In this document: positions 28,646-38,177 of the stretch, in pieces
How positions within the stretch are numbered: the first letter of the stretch is position 1
Layout of the letters: every line of letters begins with the position of its first letter
NCBI GenBank assembly: GCA_040756235.1
Contig: JBFLZG010000134.1
Location: 1 to 64,000 of the forward strand
Length of the DNA stretch: 64,000 bases
From: a bacterium
GTDB lineage: Bacteria > Desulfobacterota > DSWW01
Reading direction: 5' to 3'
The notes under the pieces: generated by a model
What the model was told of the DNA's origin: nothing
Database searches by the model: none
What the model saw: only the letters and a program-made list of their open reading frames with translations
Made by a program: the position numbers and the translations under genes

Positions 28646-31186
28646 ATGTCTTTCGGTTTCCTGAGACCGCCTGGAGCGCGGGAGGACGGGGCCGGGGTCT
28701 CGGTCCGCCACTCCTATGAATCTCTGCGCAGCCTCTTGAACCGCAACACGCTCCTGCTGGAGCGCATGGCCGAGCTGGAAGCGGACCTCCGCTTCTCGCT
28801 GCCGGAAAGCCCCCACGTGCACGGCAGGATCCGCCGCCTGGCCGACGAGGTCCTGCTCCTGGTAGAAGACCTGAACGTGCTGGCCCGCGACCGCTTCAAG
28901 GACGCCTACCGTGCCTACGCGCGGATCCGCTCCGTGCTGGCGCGCGATCTCGAGACCCTGGCCGCCGGGCGCAAGGCCCGTCCTCTCGTCCTGCCGCTGG
29001 AAGGCGCATCCCAGGCCCCCCCGGACCTGATCGGAGAAAAAGCCGCTCATCTCGCCCGCATCCTGGGCCCTTACCCCGAGCTCGTTCCGCCCGGCTTCGT
29101 CGTCACCACGGCAGCCTACTGGCAGCTTCTTCACGCCGGAGAGCTTCTGCCGGCGCTCCTGCCGATTTTCAAGGAGCTGGACGTGATCCGGGATCCCGAC
29201 CTCTTGCGCGGCCGCCTCGAAGAGGTGCGGCGGGCGATTCGCACGGCTCCCTGGCCCGCGCGCATCCGGGAGGAGATCCTGGAGCAGGCGGCGCGCAGGC
29301 GTGCCCCCCAGGGTTGGGCGGTCCGCTCCAGCGCGGCGGGAGAAGACGGCCGCTATTCCTTTGCCGGCCAGTTCACCAGCCTGCTTCACGTGCCGGAGAC
29401 GGAGCTGCCTTCCGCTTACCGGAGAGTGGTCCAGAGCCGCTTCGAAGAACGGGCCGTGGCCTACCGCAAGGCTCTCGACCTCGAAGAGATCGAAACCCCC
29501 ATGGCCGTCCTGTTCCTGGCCATGGTCCCGGCACGGAGCGCGGGCGTCGTGTACACGCGGGATCCGGGAAGCAGGGATGCGGACCGCATGATCGTGCAGG
29601 CCGTGTGGGGACTCGCAGAGGGCCTGGTGACGGGAAGAATGGAGGCGGACCAATATGTCCTGACCCGATCGGACCCGTTGCGCGTTCTCGAAGAGCGCAT
29701 CGTACCCAAGCCCCGCGGGATCGGCCCGGCGCCGCAAGGAGGCACCCGGGAAGAGGCGATCCCGCCGGAGCGGGCGCTCGCGCCGACCCTGGGGCGCAGG
29801 GAGCTGGGCCGGATCCGTGAGATCGCGCGTTCTCTCGAGGCGCTGTTCCGGGCGCCCCTGGACATCGAATGGGCGATGGAGCCTTCGGGAGCGATCCGGG
29901 TGGTGCAAGCGCGCCCGCTGGTGTTCGAAGGAGTGGGCGTGGCCGTTTCAGCGGAACGGTCCGATGCCGCCAAGCCTCTGCTGGAGGGAGGAACGACGAT
30001 CCAGGCAGGAAGGGCTGCGGGGCCCGCCGTCTGCGCCGGCGCGGGCCGGCTCCCCGGCAAGGTTCCGGAACGCGCCATTCTGGTCCTGCCGGCCGCCACG
30101 CCGGAGATCTCCACGCTCCTGCCGTTCCTCGCGGGATGCATCGCCGAGATGGGCAACCCGGCAGGCCACGCTGCCACACTGCTGCGCGAGTGGAGGATTC
30201 CCAGCCTCTTCGGCTTGCCGGGAGCGCTGCGGCTCCTGGAGAACGGCATGCCGATCGCGCTCGATGCGACGAACCGCAGGGTCCACGAGGGCTGCCCCTG
30301 GCCGGAGCTGCAAGCAGAGAAGCCCGAGCCGCGCGCTGCGGCCGCCAAGCCCTCCGCCGCGCCGGGGCCCTTCGGAGAGCCGGTCTTTGCCCTTCATCTG
30401 AGCGACCCGGAATCTGCGCGCTTCCGCCCTGAAGGGTGCGCCTCTCTGCATGACCTCATCCGTTTGGTGCACGAGAAGGCGGTCGAGGCTTTGTTCGAGC
30501 TGGGGGACGCCCAGGCCGGCAGCCGCATGCGGGGCGGCAAACGGCTGGCCTCGGAGATCCCCCTGCCCCTCGTGGTCCTGGACCTGGGCGGCGCCATCGA
30601 GCCTGAGGCCGAGAAGCAGAAGACCGTCCAGGCCGCGCAGATCCGTTCCGTACCTTTCCAGGCCCTGTGGCGCGGCGTGACCGATCCGCGCGTGAGCTGG
30701 GCGGGCCGGCAGCAGGTCAGCATGCGGGGCTTCGGCTCCGTGCTCGTCTCGGCCATGGCGGGCGGCGGCGCCGGCCGGCGCATGGGCGAGCGGAACTACC
30801 TGCTGGTCGCGCCGGATTACCTGAACCTGAACGCCCGCCTCGCCTACCATTTTGCCATGGTCGACGCCCTGGTGGGGGAAAGCCCGGACAACAACTTCGT
30901 GAATTTCCGGTTTCGCGGGGGAGGCGCGCGCGCGGACCGCAGGGAGTTGCGCGCCCGGTTTCTCTTCGAGGTCCTGCTGCGTTCCGGATTCGCCGCCGAC
31001 CGCCGGGGAGACCTCGTCACCGCCTGGTTGCGGCGCTATCCGCGCAGCCGGTCGGAGGAAGCTCTTGCCTTGCTCGGCAGGCTGATGTCCTGCTCCCGGC
31101 AGCTGGACATGCTGATCGGCCATCTGCGGGCCGCCCATGAGTATGCGGAGCGGTTTCTGGCCGGCGACTACGCCGCCTTCCGGTGA
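28646..31186 (+). CDS. PEP-synthase-related protein (ATP-grasp plus phospho-His domain)
   Basis: GEKAA, VRSSA.GED..SFAGQF, AVWGL, DIEWA, QARP, AGHAAT; non-canonical C-terminal domain. Confidence 0.85.
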   Translation: MSFGFLRPPGAREDGAGVSVRHSYESLRSLLNRNTLLLERMAELEADLRFSLPESPHVHGRIRRLADEVLLLVEDLNVLARDRFKDAYRAYARIRSVLARDLETLAAGRKARPLVLPLEGASQAPPDLIGEKAAHLARILGPYPELVPPGFVVTTAAYWQLLHAGELLPALLPIFKELDVIRDPDLLRGRLEEVRRAIRTAPWPARIREEILEQAARRRAPQGWAVRSSAAGEDGRYSFAGQFTSLLHVPETELPSAYRRVVQSRFEERAVAYRKALDLEEIETPMAVLFLAMVPARSAGVVYTRDPGSRDADRMIVQAVWGLAEGLVTGRMEADQYVLTRSDPLRVLEERIVPKPRGIGPAPQGGTREEAIPPERALAPTLGRRELGRIREIARSLEALFRAPLDIEWAMEPSGAIRVVQARPLVFEGVGVAVSAERSDAAKPLLEGGTTIQAGRAAGPAVCAGAGRLPGKVPERAILVLPAATPEISTLLPFLAGCIAEMGNPAGHAATLLREWRIPSLFGLPGALRLLENGMPIALDATNRRVHEGCPWPELQAEKPEPRAAAAKPSAAPGPFGEPVFALHLSDPESARFRPEGCASLHDLIRLVHEKAVEALFELGDAQAGSRMRGGKRLASEIPLPLVVLDLGGAIEPEAEKQKTVQAAQIRSVPFQALWRGVTDPRVSWAGRQQVSMRGFGSVLVSAMAGGGAGRRMGERNYLLVAPDYLNLNARLAYHFAMVDALVGESPDNNFVNFRFRGGGARADRRELRARFLFEVLLRSGFAADRRGDLVTAWLRRYPRSRSEEALALLGRLMSCSRQLDMLIGHLRAAHEYAERFLAGDYAAFR

Positions 31187-31363
31187 TCCGAGCTTCGTGC
31201 GGAGCATGCACGGCGGTGCGCCGCAGATTTTGCACCCATTCGAAGCCGACTTCCCGCCGCTCTCCTTGATCCTCCGAACCTGATCTGAAACAATCTAGAG
31301 GCAACCTTCCCCAGAGAGCGTCCTGCCTTGGCCGGGCGTCCGAACGGAAAAGGATCAACCTCT

Positions 31364-32818
31364 GTGGTCAAGCCGAAACCGGTGCGCAAAGGTCCGAGGC
31401 GATCTGACAGGCCTGAGGACAGGAGCCGGAGAAAACAGACGCTGCCGGGCAGCCTGGACGGGCCGACGGAGATCATCCTGGAGAGCATCTCCGACGGCGT
31501 CTTCACGGTGGACGGCGATTGGCGCATCACCTCCTTCAACCGTGCCGCGGAGGAGATCACCGGAATCCCGCGCGCGGAGGCCATCGGCCGGCACTGCTCC
31601 GAGGTCTTCAAGTCCAGCATGTGCGAGGGAGACTGCGCGCTCGGCCAGACCATGGAAACCGCTGTCCCGATGATCAACAAGCAGGCGTTCATCGTCGACG
31701 TGCGCGGCCGGCGCATTCCGATCAGCGTGTCCACGGCCCTGCTGCGGAGCGCGCAGGGCAAGGTCATCGGCGGCGCGGAGACCTTTCGCGACCTGAGCCT
31801 GGTCGAGGAGCTCCGCAAGGAGCTCTTCGGGCGGTTCCAGGTCGGCGACATGATCAGCCGCAGCGCCGCCATGCGCAAGATCTTCGACGTGCTCCCGCAG
31901 CTGGCCGCGAGCGACAGCACGGTCCTCATCCAGGGGGAGACCGGGACCGGAAAGGAGCTGCTCGCCCGGGCGATTCAGGCTCTGGGCCCGAGGCGCGACA
32001 AGCCGTTCGTGGCGGTCAATTGCGGCGCGCTGCCCGACACCTTGCTCGAATCCGAGCTGTTCGGCTATAAGGCGGGCGCCTTCACCGGCGCGGCCAGGGA
32101 CAAGCCCGGCCGCTTCGCCCTGGCGGAGCACGGGATTTTGTTCCTGGACGAGATCGGCGAGGTCAGCCCGGCCCTGCAGGTGCGGCTCCTCCGGGTGCTG
32201 CAGGACAAGACCTACGAGCCTCTGGGCGGCACGAAGTCCATTGCGGCCGACGTGCGAATCATCGCCGCGACCAACCGGGACCTCGCGACTCTGGTCAGGA
32301 AGGGCGCGTTCCGCCAGGATCTTTTCTACCGGATCAACGTGATCCGCATTGATCTGCCCCCCCTGCGCAGGCGCAGGGAGGACGTCCCTCTCCTGATCGA
32401 CCACTTCGTCGCCCGCTTCAACCGGCTGCAGGGGCGGACCGTCTCCGGTGTGAGCCCGGAGGTTCTCGCCTTCCTCACGGCGCACGATTATCCAGGCAAC
32501 GTGCGGGAGCTGGAGAATCTCATCGAGCGGGCCTTCGTGCTCTGCGACGGCGACTGCATCGAGGTGCGGCACCTGCCCGAAGACTTCGTCCCCCCCGCGC
32601 CGGCGCCCGCGCTGCGGGGGTCCGGCCGGCTGCGGACGACCGTAAAGACCATCGAGAGCCAGGCCATCCGCGAGGCGCTCAGGCGCAACCGCAACAACCG
32701 CCTGGCCGCCGCCCGGGACCTGGGGATGCACAAGAGCACTCTGTTTCGCAAGATGAGGGCCTTGGGCATGGCCCTGCCGGATCAAGACGGCCGCTCCGGC
32801 ATGAAACGGGCGAAGTAG
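31364..32818 (+). CDS. Cys-PAS sigma54 enhancer-binding protein (OrpR-like), copy 1; start uncertain
   Basis: PAS with C..F....C...C; GETGTGKE, GAFTGA, HTH. Confidence 0.9.
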   Translation: MVKPKPVRKGPRRSDRPEDRSRRKQTLPGSLDGPTEIILESISDGVFTVDGDWRITSFNRAAEEITGIPRAEAIGRHCSEVFKSSMCEGDCALGQTMETAVPMINKQAFIVDVRGRRIPISVSTALLRSAQGKVIGGAETFRDLSLVEELRKELFGRFQVGDMISRSAAMRKIFDVLPQLAASDSTVLIQGETGTGKELLARAIQALGPRRDKPFVAVNCGALPDTLLESELFGYKAGAFTGAARDKPGRFALAEHGILFLDEIGEVSPALQVRLLRVLQDKTYEPLGGTKSIAADVRIIAATNRDLATLVRKGAFRQDLFYRINVIRIDLPPLRRRREDVPLLIDHFVARFNRLQGRTVSGVSPEVLAFLTAHDYPGNVRELENLIERAFVLCDGDCIEVRHLPEDFVPPAPAPALRGSGRLRTTVKTIESQAIREALRRNRNNRLAAARDLGMHKSTLFRKMRALGMALPDQDGRSGMKRAK

Positions 32819-32903
32819 ATTCCGGCGCCAAACGGGCGGCTCGAGCGGTCTCATACGGCCGGATCCGCTGTTCATCGACAGCCTCTCTGAAGGGAGCGCC
32901 GGA

Positions 32904-33770
32904 ATGGACTCCAACCTCGGGAAGCAGGTCCTCAAGGCCCAGCGCGACGAAATCACCTATCACCACATTTACCAGGGGCTCGCCCGGCATACGAAGGACG
33001 AGGCAAACCGGGGCGTGCTCCTGCAGATCGCAGCGGATGAGCTCGCCCACTACGGGTACTTGAGGAAGCTCACAGGCAGGGATACAGCCCCGAGGCGCTT
33101 GCAGGCTGCCGCCTACGTCCTGCTCATCCGGCTCTTCGGCCTGACCTTCGGCATCAAGCTCGCGGAGCGGGCCGAGGGGGCTGCCCAGCGAGCCTACCGG
33201 GAGCTGAAGAAGTCGGACCCGGACATCGACCGGATCCTGGCGGAAGAGGAGCGCCATGAGGAGGGGCTCATCCGCATGGTGAACGAGGAGCGCCTGACCT
33301 ACGTGAGCTCGATGGTGCTCGGCCTGAACGACGCCCTGGTGGAGCTGACCGGCGCGCTCGCCGGGTTCACGCTGGCCCTTCAGCGGACCGAGCTCATCGC
33401 CATGGTAGGGCTGGTCACCGGAATCGCGGCCTCCATGTCGATGGCAGCCTCCGAGTACCTGTCCACGAAGCAGGAGGAGACCCGGAAGGATCCTTTCAAG
33501 GCGAGCCTGTACACGGGGTCCGCCTACGTCTGCGCCGTGCTCTTCCTGATTGCGCCGTACCTTGTCTTTTCCAATGTCTTCATGTGCCTGGCCGTGGCCG
33601 TGGGCAACGCGCTGCTCGTCATCCTGGTTTTCACCTTCTATGTCTCGGTGGCAAAGGAGCTGCCCTTTGGCCGGAGGTTCTTCGAGATGGCCTCGATCAG
33701 CCTCGGGATCGCCGTCGTCAACTTCTTTCTCGGCCTGGCGATCCGCGAGGTCTTCGGCGTGGAGGTCTGA
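32904..33770 (+). CDS. Rubrerythrin-like domain + VIT1/CCC1 metal transporter
   Basis: DELAH/EEERHE motifs; VLGLNDALVE, SMAASEYLS. Confidence 0.88.
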   Translation: MDSNLGKQVLKAQRDEITYHHIYQGLARHTKDEANRGVLLQIAADELAHYGYLRKLTGRDTAPRRLQAAAYVLLIRLFGLTFGIKLAERAEGAAQRAYRELKKSDPDIDRILAEEERHEEGLIRMVNEERLTYVSSMVLGLNDALVELTGALAGFTLALQRTELIAMVGLVTGIAASMSMAASEYLSTKQEETRKDPFKASLYTGSAYVCAVLFLIAPYLVFSNVFMCLAVAVGNALLVILVFTFYVSVAKELPFGRRFFEMASISLGIAVVNFFLGLAIREVFGVEV

Positions 33771-33809
33771 GGCGTCTGGCAGCGGAGTCGACAAGGGCGG
33801 CAAGGAACA

Positions 33810-33838
33810 TTGACAGCCGGTCTCGAATTCCATACGCT
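33810..33838 (+). promoter_or_regulatory. sigma70 promoter
   Basis: TTGACA-17 bp-TACGCT. Confidence 0.7.
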
Positions 33839-33844
33839 TCGCCC

Positions 33845-33998
33845 ATGATCGAGCCGCACGCAGCGGCTCGAAGGGCGGAGAAACCCTCCTGATGTCGTGA
33901 ACCCGTGCTCCTGCTCGAATCGGGCTGGAGCCGGGGTAAGCCGGAAGAGAGCCACGAAGGACTCGAGCGACGCGAAGTCGGTCCTTCGTGGCTTTTTT
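33845..33998 (+). ncRNA. Candidate structured leader RNA or small RNA
   Basis: Between promoter and terminator; several hairpins; UGAA/GUAA internal loop. Confidence 0.45.
33950..33998 (+). terminator. Intrinsic terminator
   Basis: AGCCACGAAGGAC...GTCCTTCGTGGCT followed by T run. Confidence 0.8.
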
Positions 33999-34107
33999 GT
34001 TGCCGGCAACTCGTTGAGAGGGTGTCGAAAAGCACCCTCTACGCCTCTTCGGCGAGGCCGGTCTGAAGAATGATTTCCTGCGGGAGAACGGCCAAAGGTG
34101 CTCAAAG

Positions 34108-34296
34108 ATGTGTGAGACCAATGCGTACCTCTATCGAGACGGAAAAGAGGAGTTGGTGCTGCAGGACGTGAACACCGTCGAGCCCGTGGAGGAAGGAGGC
34201 TACCGGCTCGTCAATATTTTCGGAGATCAAAAGACGGTGTTGGGCCGAATCAGGCGGATGAGTCTGGTGGACCACCGGATCGTGTTCGAGGAATGA
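34108..34296 (+). CDS. cooT: CooT-family nickel-binding protein
   Basis: MCETNAY start, IFG, LVDHRI end; 62 aa. Confidence 0.85.
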   Translation: MCETNAYLYRDGKEELVLQDVNTVEPVEEGGYRLVNIFGDQKTVLGRIRRMSLVDHRIVFEE

Positions 34297-34666
34297 CTCC
34301 TCGGCCAGCCCTTCTGGTGACGGCGCAAGAGCATCGCGAGCGCGTCGCCCTTTAAGCAGGTGCTCGGTAGACAGCGACGCGCGGGTCCCACATCACGCCC
34401 GGCAATGCGGAAACGTCAGGGGCACTCTTCTGGACTTCGAACAGCAGGGTCCCTCTGTCAAAGCGAATGCGCATGAAGGTTCTGGACAAGACTCACTGCG
34501 GGGAATGTGGAGATGCGGTTACACCAGGAGAGATAGACTCAGGAGAATGGTCTAAGTGAAGGAAGGACGAAGTCAGCATCCTCGACGCCGGATCAGATCT
34601 TGCCGAGTTTGATTATTCTGTTAGAATAATCCTGTCAGAATAATCCTGACTGGGAGGGCTCAGGTC

Positions 34667-35815
34667 ATGCGTGACAGCAGGTCTCTGAATCCGTTCACCC
34701 TCGGCATCATTTCCCCGGATCAGGAATTTTGCGACCGCGAGAAGGAGATCGAGGAACTTACCCGCCATGCCCTTAACTGCACCCATGTGGTGATTTTCTC
34801 GCCCAGACGCTATGGAAAAACATCGCTCGTCAAACAGGTGATGGCAAGAGCCTCCGCACAGGGGGGCCTGACGGTCTATGTGGATTGCTTTTCCGTGATC
34901 GCCAAGGAGGATCTGGTCCAGAAGTTCACCTCGGCCGTCATCGCCTCAATGGGCAAGAACGTTGTTGAGGGGGATATTCTGCAGAAGACGGCAAAGCTGT
35001 TCAAACGCATCATTCCGTCCCTGGACATAAGGCCGGACGGCGTCTCGATTTCCGCCAAGTACGATCCAGCCACTGCCTTCCCTTGCCTGATAGAGGATAT
35101 CTTTAACGGGATTGCCAGGCATCTGCGTTCGAAGAAGACCCAATGCCTGCTCGTTTTCGATGAGTTTCAGGAAATATCCGAGCTCAAAGAAAGCAAGCAG
35201 GTGGAGGGCCTTCTGAGAGAGCAGGTGCAGGCCGTATCCGATGTGGCGTGCTTCTTCGTGGGGAGCAGAAGGCGGATTCTGCGGTCCATGTTCAATGATC
35301 GGAAGAGGCCGTTCTTTAAACTGGCCTTTAACTACCCCCTGGAGAAGATCTCCAGAGAGGAACTTGCGAACCATATCGTGAAACTGTTCGCGAAGACCCG
35401 GAAGACTTGTCCTTTGACGCTGGCCGGTGACCTTTATGACCACGTAGAAGGAAATACTTATTATGTGCGAAAGCTCTCCCACCTGCTCTGGGACATGACG
35501 GAAAAAGAGGCCACCCCCGAATTGTTAAACGCTGCGAAACCCGAACTTCTGGACGCGGAAAGCCTGGACCTCCAAGGCGTCTTTGCCGGGCTTTTGATGG
35601 GGGAGAAGAAGTTGGCAATGGCCCTGGCCAAAGAGCCTACCGGCAAGCCATACGCCATGGACTATCTGAAGAAGCACAATCTCTCGCCAGGGGGCCTGCA
35701 GAAGAGCATGAAATCTCTTCAGGGGAAAGACATCGTCGAACAGGATCACGAAGGTACCTACAGGTTGACAGATCCCCTCTTGGGCCGGTGGTGCCGGGCT
35801 CAAAGTATGATGTGA
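34667..35815 (+). CDS. Archaeal-type AAA ATPase with C-terminal winged helix; lower GC than flanks
   Basis: NPF, FCDREKE, SPRRYGKTS, VFDEFQ, FVGS. Confidence 0.85.
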   Translation: MRDSRSLNPFTLGIISPDQEFCDREKEIEELTRHALNCTHVVIFSPRRYGKTSLVKQVMARASAQGGLTVYVDCFSVIAKEDLVQKFTSAVIASMGKNVVEGDILQKTAKLFKRIIPSLDIRPDGVSISAKYDPATAFPCLIEDIFNGIARHLRSKKTQCLLVFDEFQEISELKESKQVEGLLREQVQAVSDVACFFVGSRRRILRSMFNDRKRPFFKLAFNYPLEKISREELANHIVKLFAKTRKTCPLTLAGDLYDHVEGNTYYVRKLSHLLWDMTEKEATPELLNAAKPELLDAESLDLQGVFAGLLMGEKKLAMALAKEPTGKPYAMDYLKKHNLSPGGLQKSMKSLQGKDIVEQDHEGTYRLTDPLLGRWCRAQSMM

Positions 35816-35952
35816 TGGTCTCCGGGAAGCGCTACGGCTTCGAGTTCAAGTACGCGGATGCGCCGAGCCGGACCCGCTCCATGCAGAGAGCCCTCGAGGA
35901 TCTGCACGAGAGGATATCCGTGATTCCCCTCGCTTCGGTCCTGGGTCTGGCA
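35816..35952 (+). pseudogene. 3' remnant of an AAA_14/DUF4143 gene, copy of 42896-43083
   Basis: Near-identical nucleotide match with a 51-nt internal deletion. Confidence 0.85.
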
Positions 35953-36394
35953 CAGCCTGCCTCGAATCCGAGCTTCACGCGCTGCCTCATGGCTTCCGTG
36001 TCGCGGAGGCGGCCCAGCGCCCAGGCCATCAGTTGTTCACGTTCACCAGGGCTCTCATGGGAAAAGGGAGCTTCCCGTTCCACAAGATGGACTGCATGCT
36101 CTTCCCCCTGTCCGGGCGCCGGGACCGGCGATCGAGGAGCCGCGGGTTCTCGGCGCCGGGGCGCATGGCCGGGTCACGGCTTTTCGTTCCGCCAGCCGGG
36201 CAAGATGCTGCCGGGTACTCATGTCTTCCTGCAAGGGCGGTGAGATATTGAAATTCCGGCCGGATTTACAGCAAATCCGAAAAGACCGGAACGACGGGGA
36301 CGGAGCTGATTGCACCGTTCCACCTTCCCGCGCGGGCCCCTCGCCCCGGCGGGAGTACGTTGCCGGGGGCGCACGAGCAGAAAGGGGAGGTTTC

Positions 36395-36839
36395 GTGAGC
36401 GTCGCAGAGATGGAGCCGCTTGCTCGAGAGGTCAAGGAATCCGCCCTGCGGGGGAACCTGTGCAGCCAGATCGTGCTGGACGTCGGGCTGCGCCATCTGG
36501 GGTTGGCGAGCGAGGAGGTGGTACGGGCGGTCAGAGGCCTGGTCGGGGGCGCAGGGCATGATGGGCGCCACCTGCGGCGCCTTGACGGCCGCGGCCTGCC
36601 TGATCGCGTTCGGCGGCCACGGCCGCATCGATCGGGACCGCGTCTACATGCTCATCCAGGAGCTCGAGGAGCGGTTCAATGAGGAGCTGGTCTCCCAGTA
36701 CCCGGGCAATCACTGCGACGATCTGCTGGAGTCCGATCCGGAAAAGGTACCTACGCAGATTTGCCCGCCGGTGATCGCAGGAGCGATCCGGATCGCGCTG
36801 GAGCTCCTGGAGGGCGAAGGGCTGGAGATCACGGCCTGA
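36395..36839 (+). pseudogene. C-GCAxxG-C-C family redox protein, frameshifted
   Basis: NLCSQ..GLVGG in one frame, TCGALTAAAC..C..C in the next; shift near 36554. Confidence 0.7.
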
Positions 36840-36946
36840 TAGCTCATGTCGTCCGCCTCGACGAAGAGAAAGTACGCGCACCTGCCAAACCGCGGGTCGA
36901 GCATGGCGTCCAAGCGAGGCTCCGCAGCGGTCACTGCAACCTTCAT
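36828..36946 (-). pseudogene. Truncated NifB/NifX-family (ORP-like) gene
   Basis: MKVAVTA..LDPRFGRCAYFL; family similarity stops after about 39 aa. Confidence 0.75.
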
Positions 36947-37028
36947 GGAAAACCCCTTTCTTTGTGCGCGTCGCCGGAGCGGCCGCAGCGCGGAAGGCCG
37001 CCCCGGAAGCGTTCCGGTCTTGCAGCCC

Positions 37029-37427
37029 CTAGTCTTGCCGGGTTCCCTTGGCCTCGAGCGCCTCGATGCGCTGGCGGATTCCTGCGAGCGCGTCTTCGAA
37101 GTACTCGGCCCGGCCCTTCAGTCCGTCCAGCTCCTGCTCCCGGGTCAGGTAAGGAGCGAAGGGACGGACATACGAGGTCGGGTAGGCCGGTTCTGCGAGT
37201 CCGGGCCACCCCAAGCCGGCACGCTGCCAGCCGGTCAATCCGGTCGCGTAGTACCAGTTGCGGCGGCCTCTACCGCCCCTGCCGCCGCGCCCGCGCCCCC
37301 ATCCCCCGTATCCGAGCCCGGGCATGGGATTCCAGGAGCCGGGAGCCGGGAACCCGGCGCAATAGCCTGCAGCTCTGCCTGTCATGGGACCCCAGCCGAA
37401 GGGGCCTGTGCGATCTCCGCCTGGCAT
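37029..37427 (-). CDS. DUF5320-like Gly/Arg-rich protein
   Basis: MPGGDRTGP.G.GPMTGR..GYC; C-terminal coiled coil. Confidence 0.8.
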   Translation of the reverse strand: MPGGDRTGPFGWGPMTGRAAGYCAGFPAPGSWNPMPGLGYGGWGRGRGGRGGRGRRNWYYATGLTGWQRAGLGWPGLAEPAYPTSYVRPFAPYLTREQELDGLKGRAEYFEDALAGIRQRIEALEAKGTRQD

Positions 37428-37538
37428 CTTCTATCTCCTTTCTGGTTTGCTGTTTCTTCCCTGTGGCAAGTCTCAGCCCGTCTGATGGCTCCGAGGAGCC
37501 CGAGCCGAGCCGGACCGGTCTCTTCATACTTCGCCCTG

Positions 37539-37925
37539 TTACCCTCGGCTGCCGCTCCGCTGCCTTCCTCCATGGAATCGCCGGCGCCTGCCCCGGCAGC
37601 CCGGCATGAGGAATGGCCGCTGCCCCAGTCGGCCCTCCAGGAAAGCTGCGAGCACGTGCTCCACTTCCCCGCAGGTGTGTGGTATCACCTCGATTCCGGC
37701 ATGGACGAGAGCCATCTCGAGGGGCCAGGAGATGGCGCCGCAGATGAGCACATCCGTTCCCGTCTCGGCCAGTCGCCAGGCTCGAGCCTGAGGCTCGTCC
37801 GCCTCGAGTCTCACGTGCGCCTGGCGCCGCTTCCCTTCCCCTTCGAGGTCGACCAGGAGCAGGTTGGTTGCGACATCGAAGACCGGGGATACGCGTCCAT
37901 GCCAGTGAGGGATTGCGACTCTCAT
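37539..37925 (-). CDS. NifB/NifX-family protein
   Basis: MRVAIP..GRVSPVFD, LICGAIS, MPGC. Confidence 0.82.
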   Translation of the reverse strand: MRVAIPHWHGRVSPVFDVATNLLLVDLEGEGKRRQAHVRLEADEPQARAWRLAETGTDVLICGAISWPLEMALVHAGIEVIPHTCGEVEHVLAAFLEGRLGQRPFLMPGCRGRRRRFHGGRQRSGSRG

Positions 37926-37939
37926 GCTTCCACCCGGGA

Positions 37940-37954
37940 GCATTTGCCGTGCCA
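37940..37954 (-). promoter_or_regulatory. sigma54 promoter
   Basis: TGGCACGGCAAATGC on minus strand. Confidence 0.75.
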
Positions 37955-38177
37955 GAAACGACTTGCCTCGTCTTCGCGGCCCTGCGGCCCCGGCACGCGG
38001 CGACGAATCCGTGCTCAAACCTGTGCGCTCCGGCCCTTTTCCACCGCCACGATTCTCCGTGGACCGATCCGCCGCGGGAACGATGGCTCTTGATGCACGT
38101 TGGCATTTTGCTACTCTATAGACAGGAAATGATTGCATAATGCCCGGGTGGCAGGGTGACTTGTAAGGAGCTTTCCC

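Noticed and set aside
33890..33950. SRP RNA, suggested by GTGAACCC...GGTAAG
   Set aside because: Lacks the CAGG-GRAA-AGCA domain IV core
34297..34600. Possible decayed gene after cooT
   Set aside because: No recognisable motif or consistent frame
35953..36110. Possible HEAT-repeat gene remnant (AWALGRL) on minus strand
   Set aside because: Too short and broken to assign
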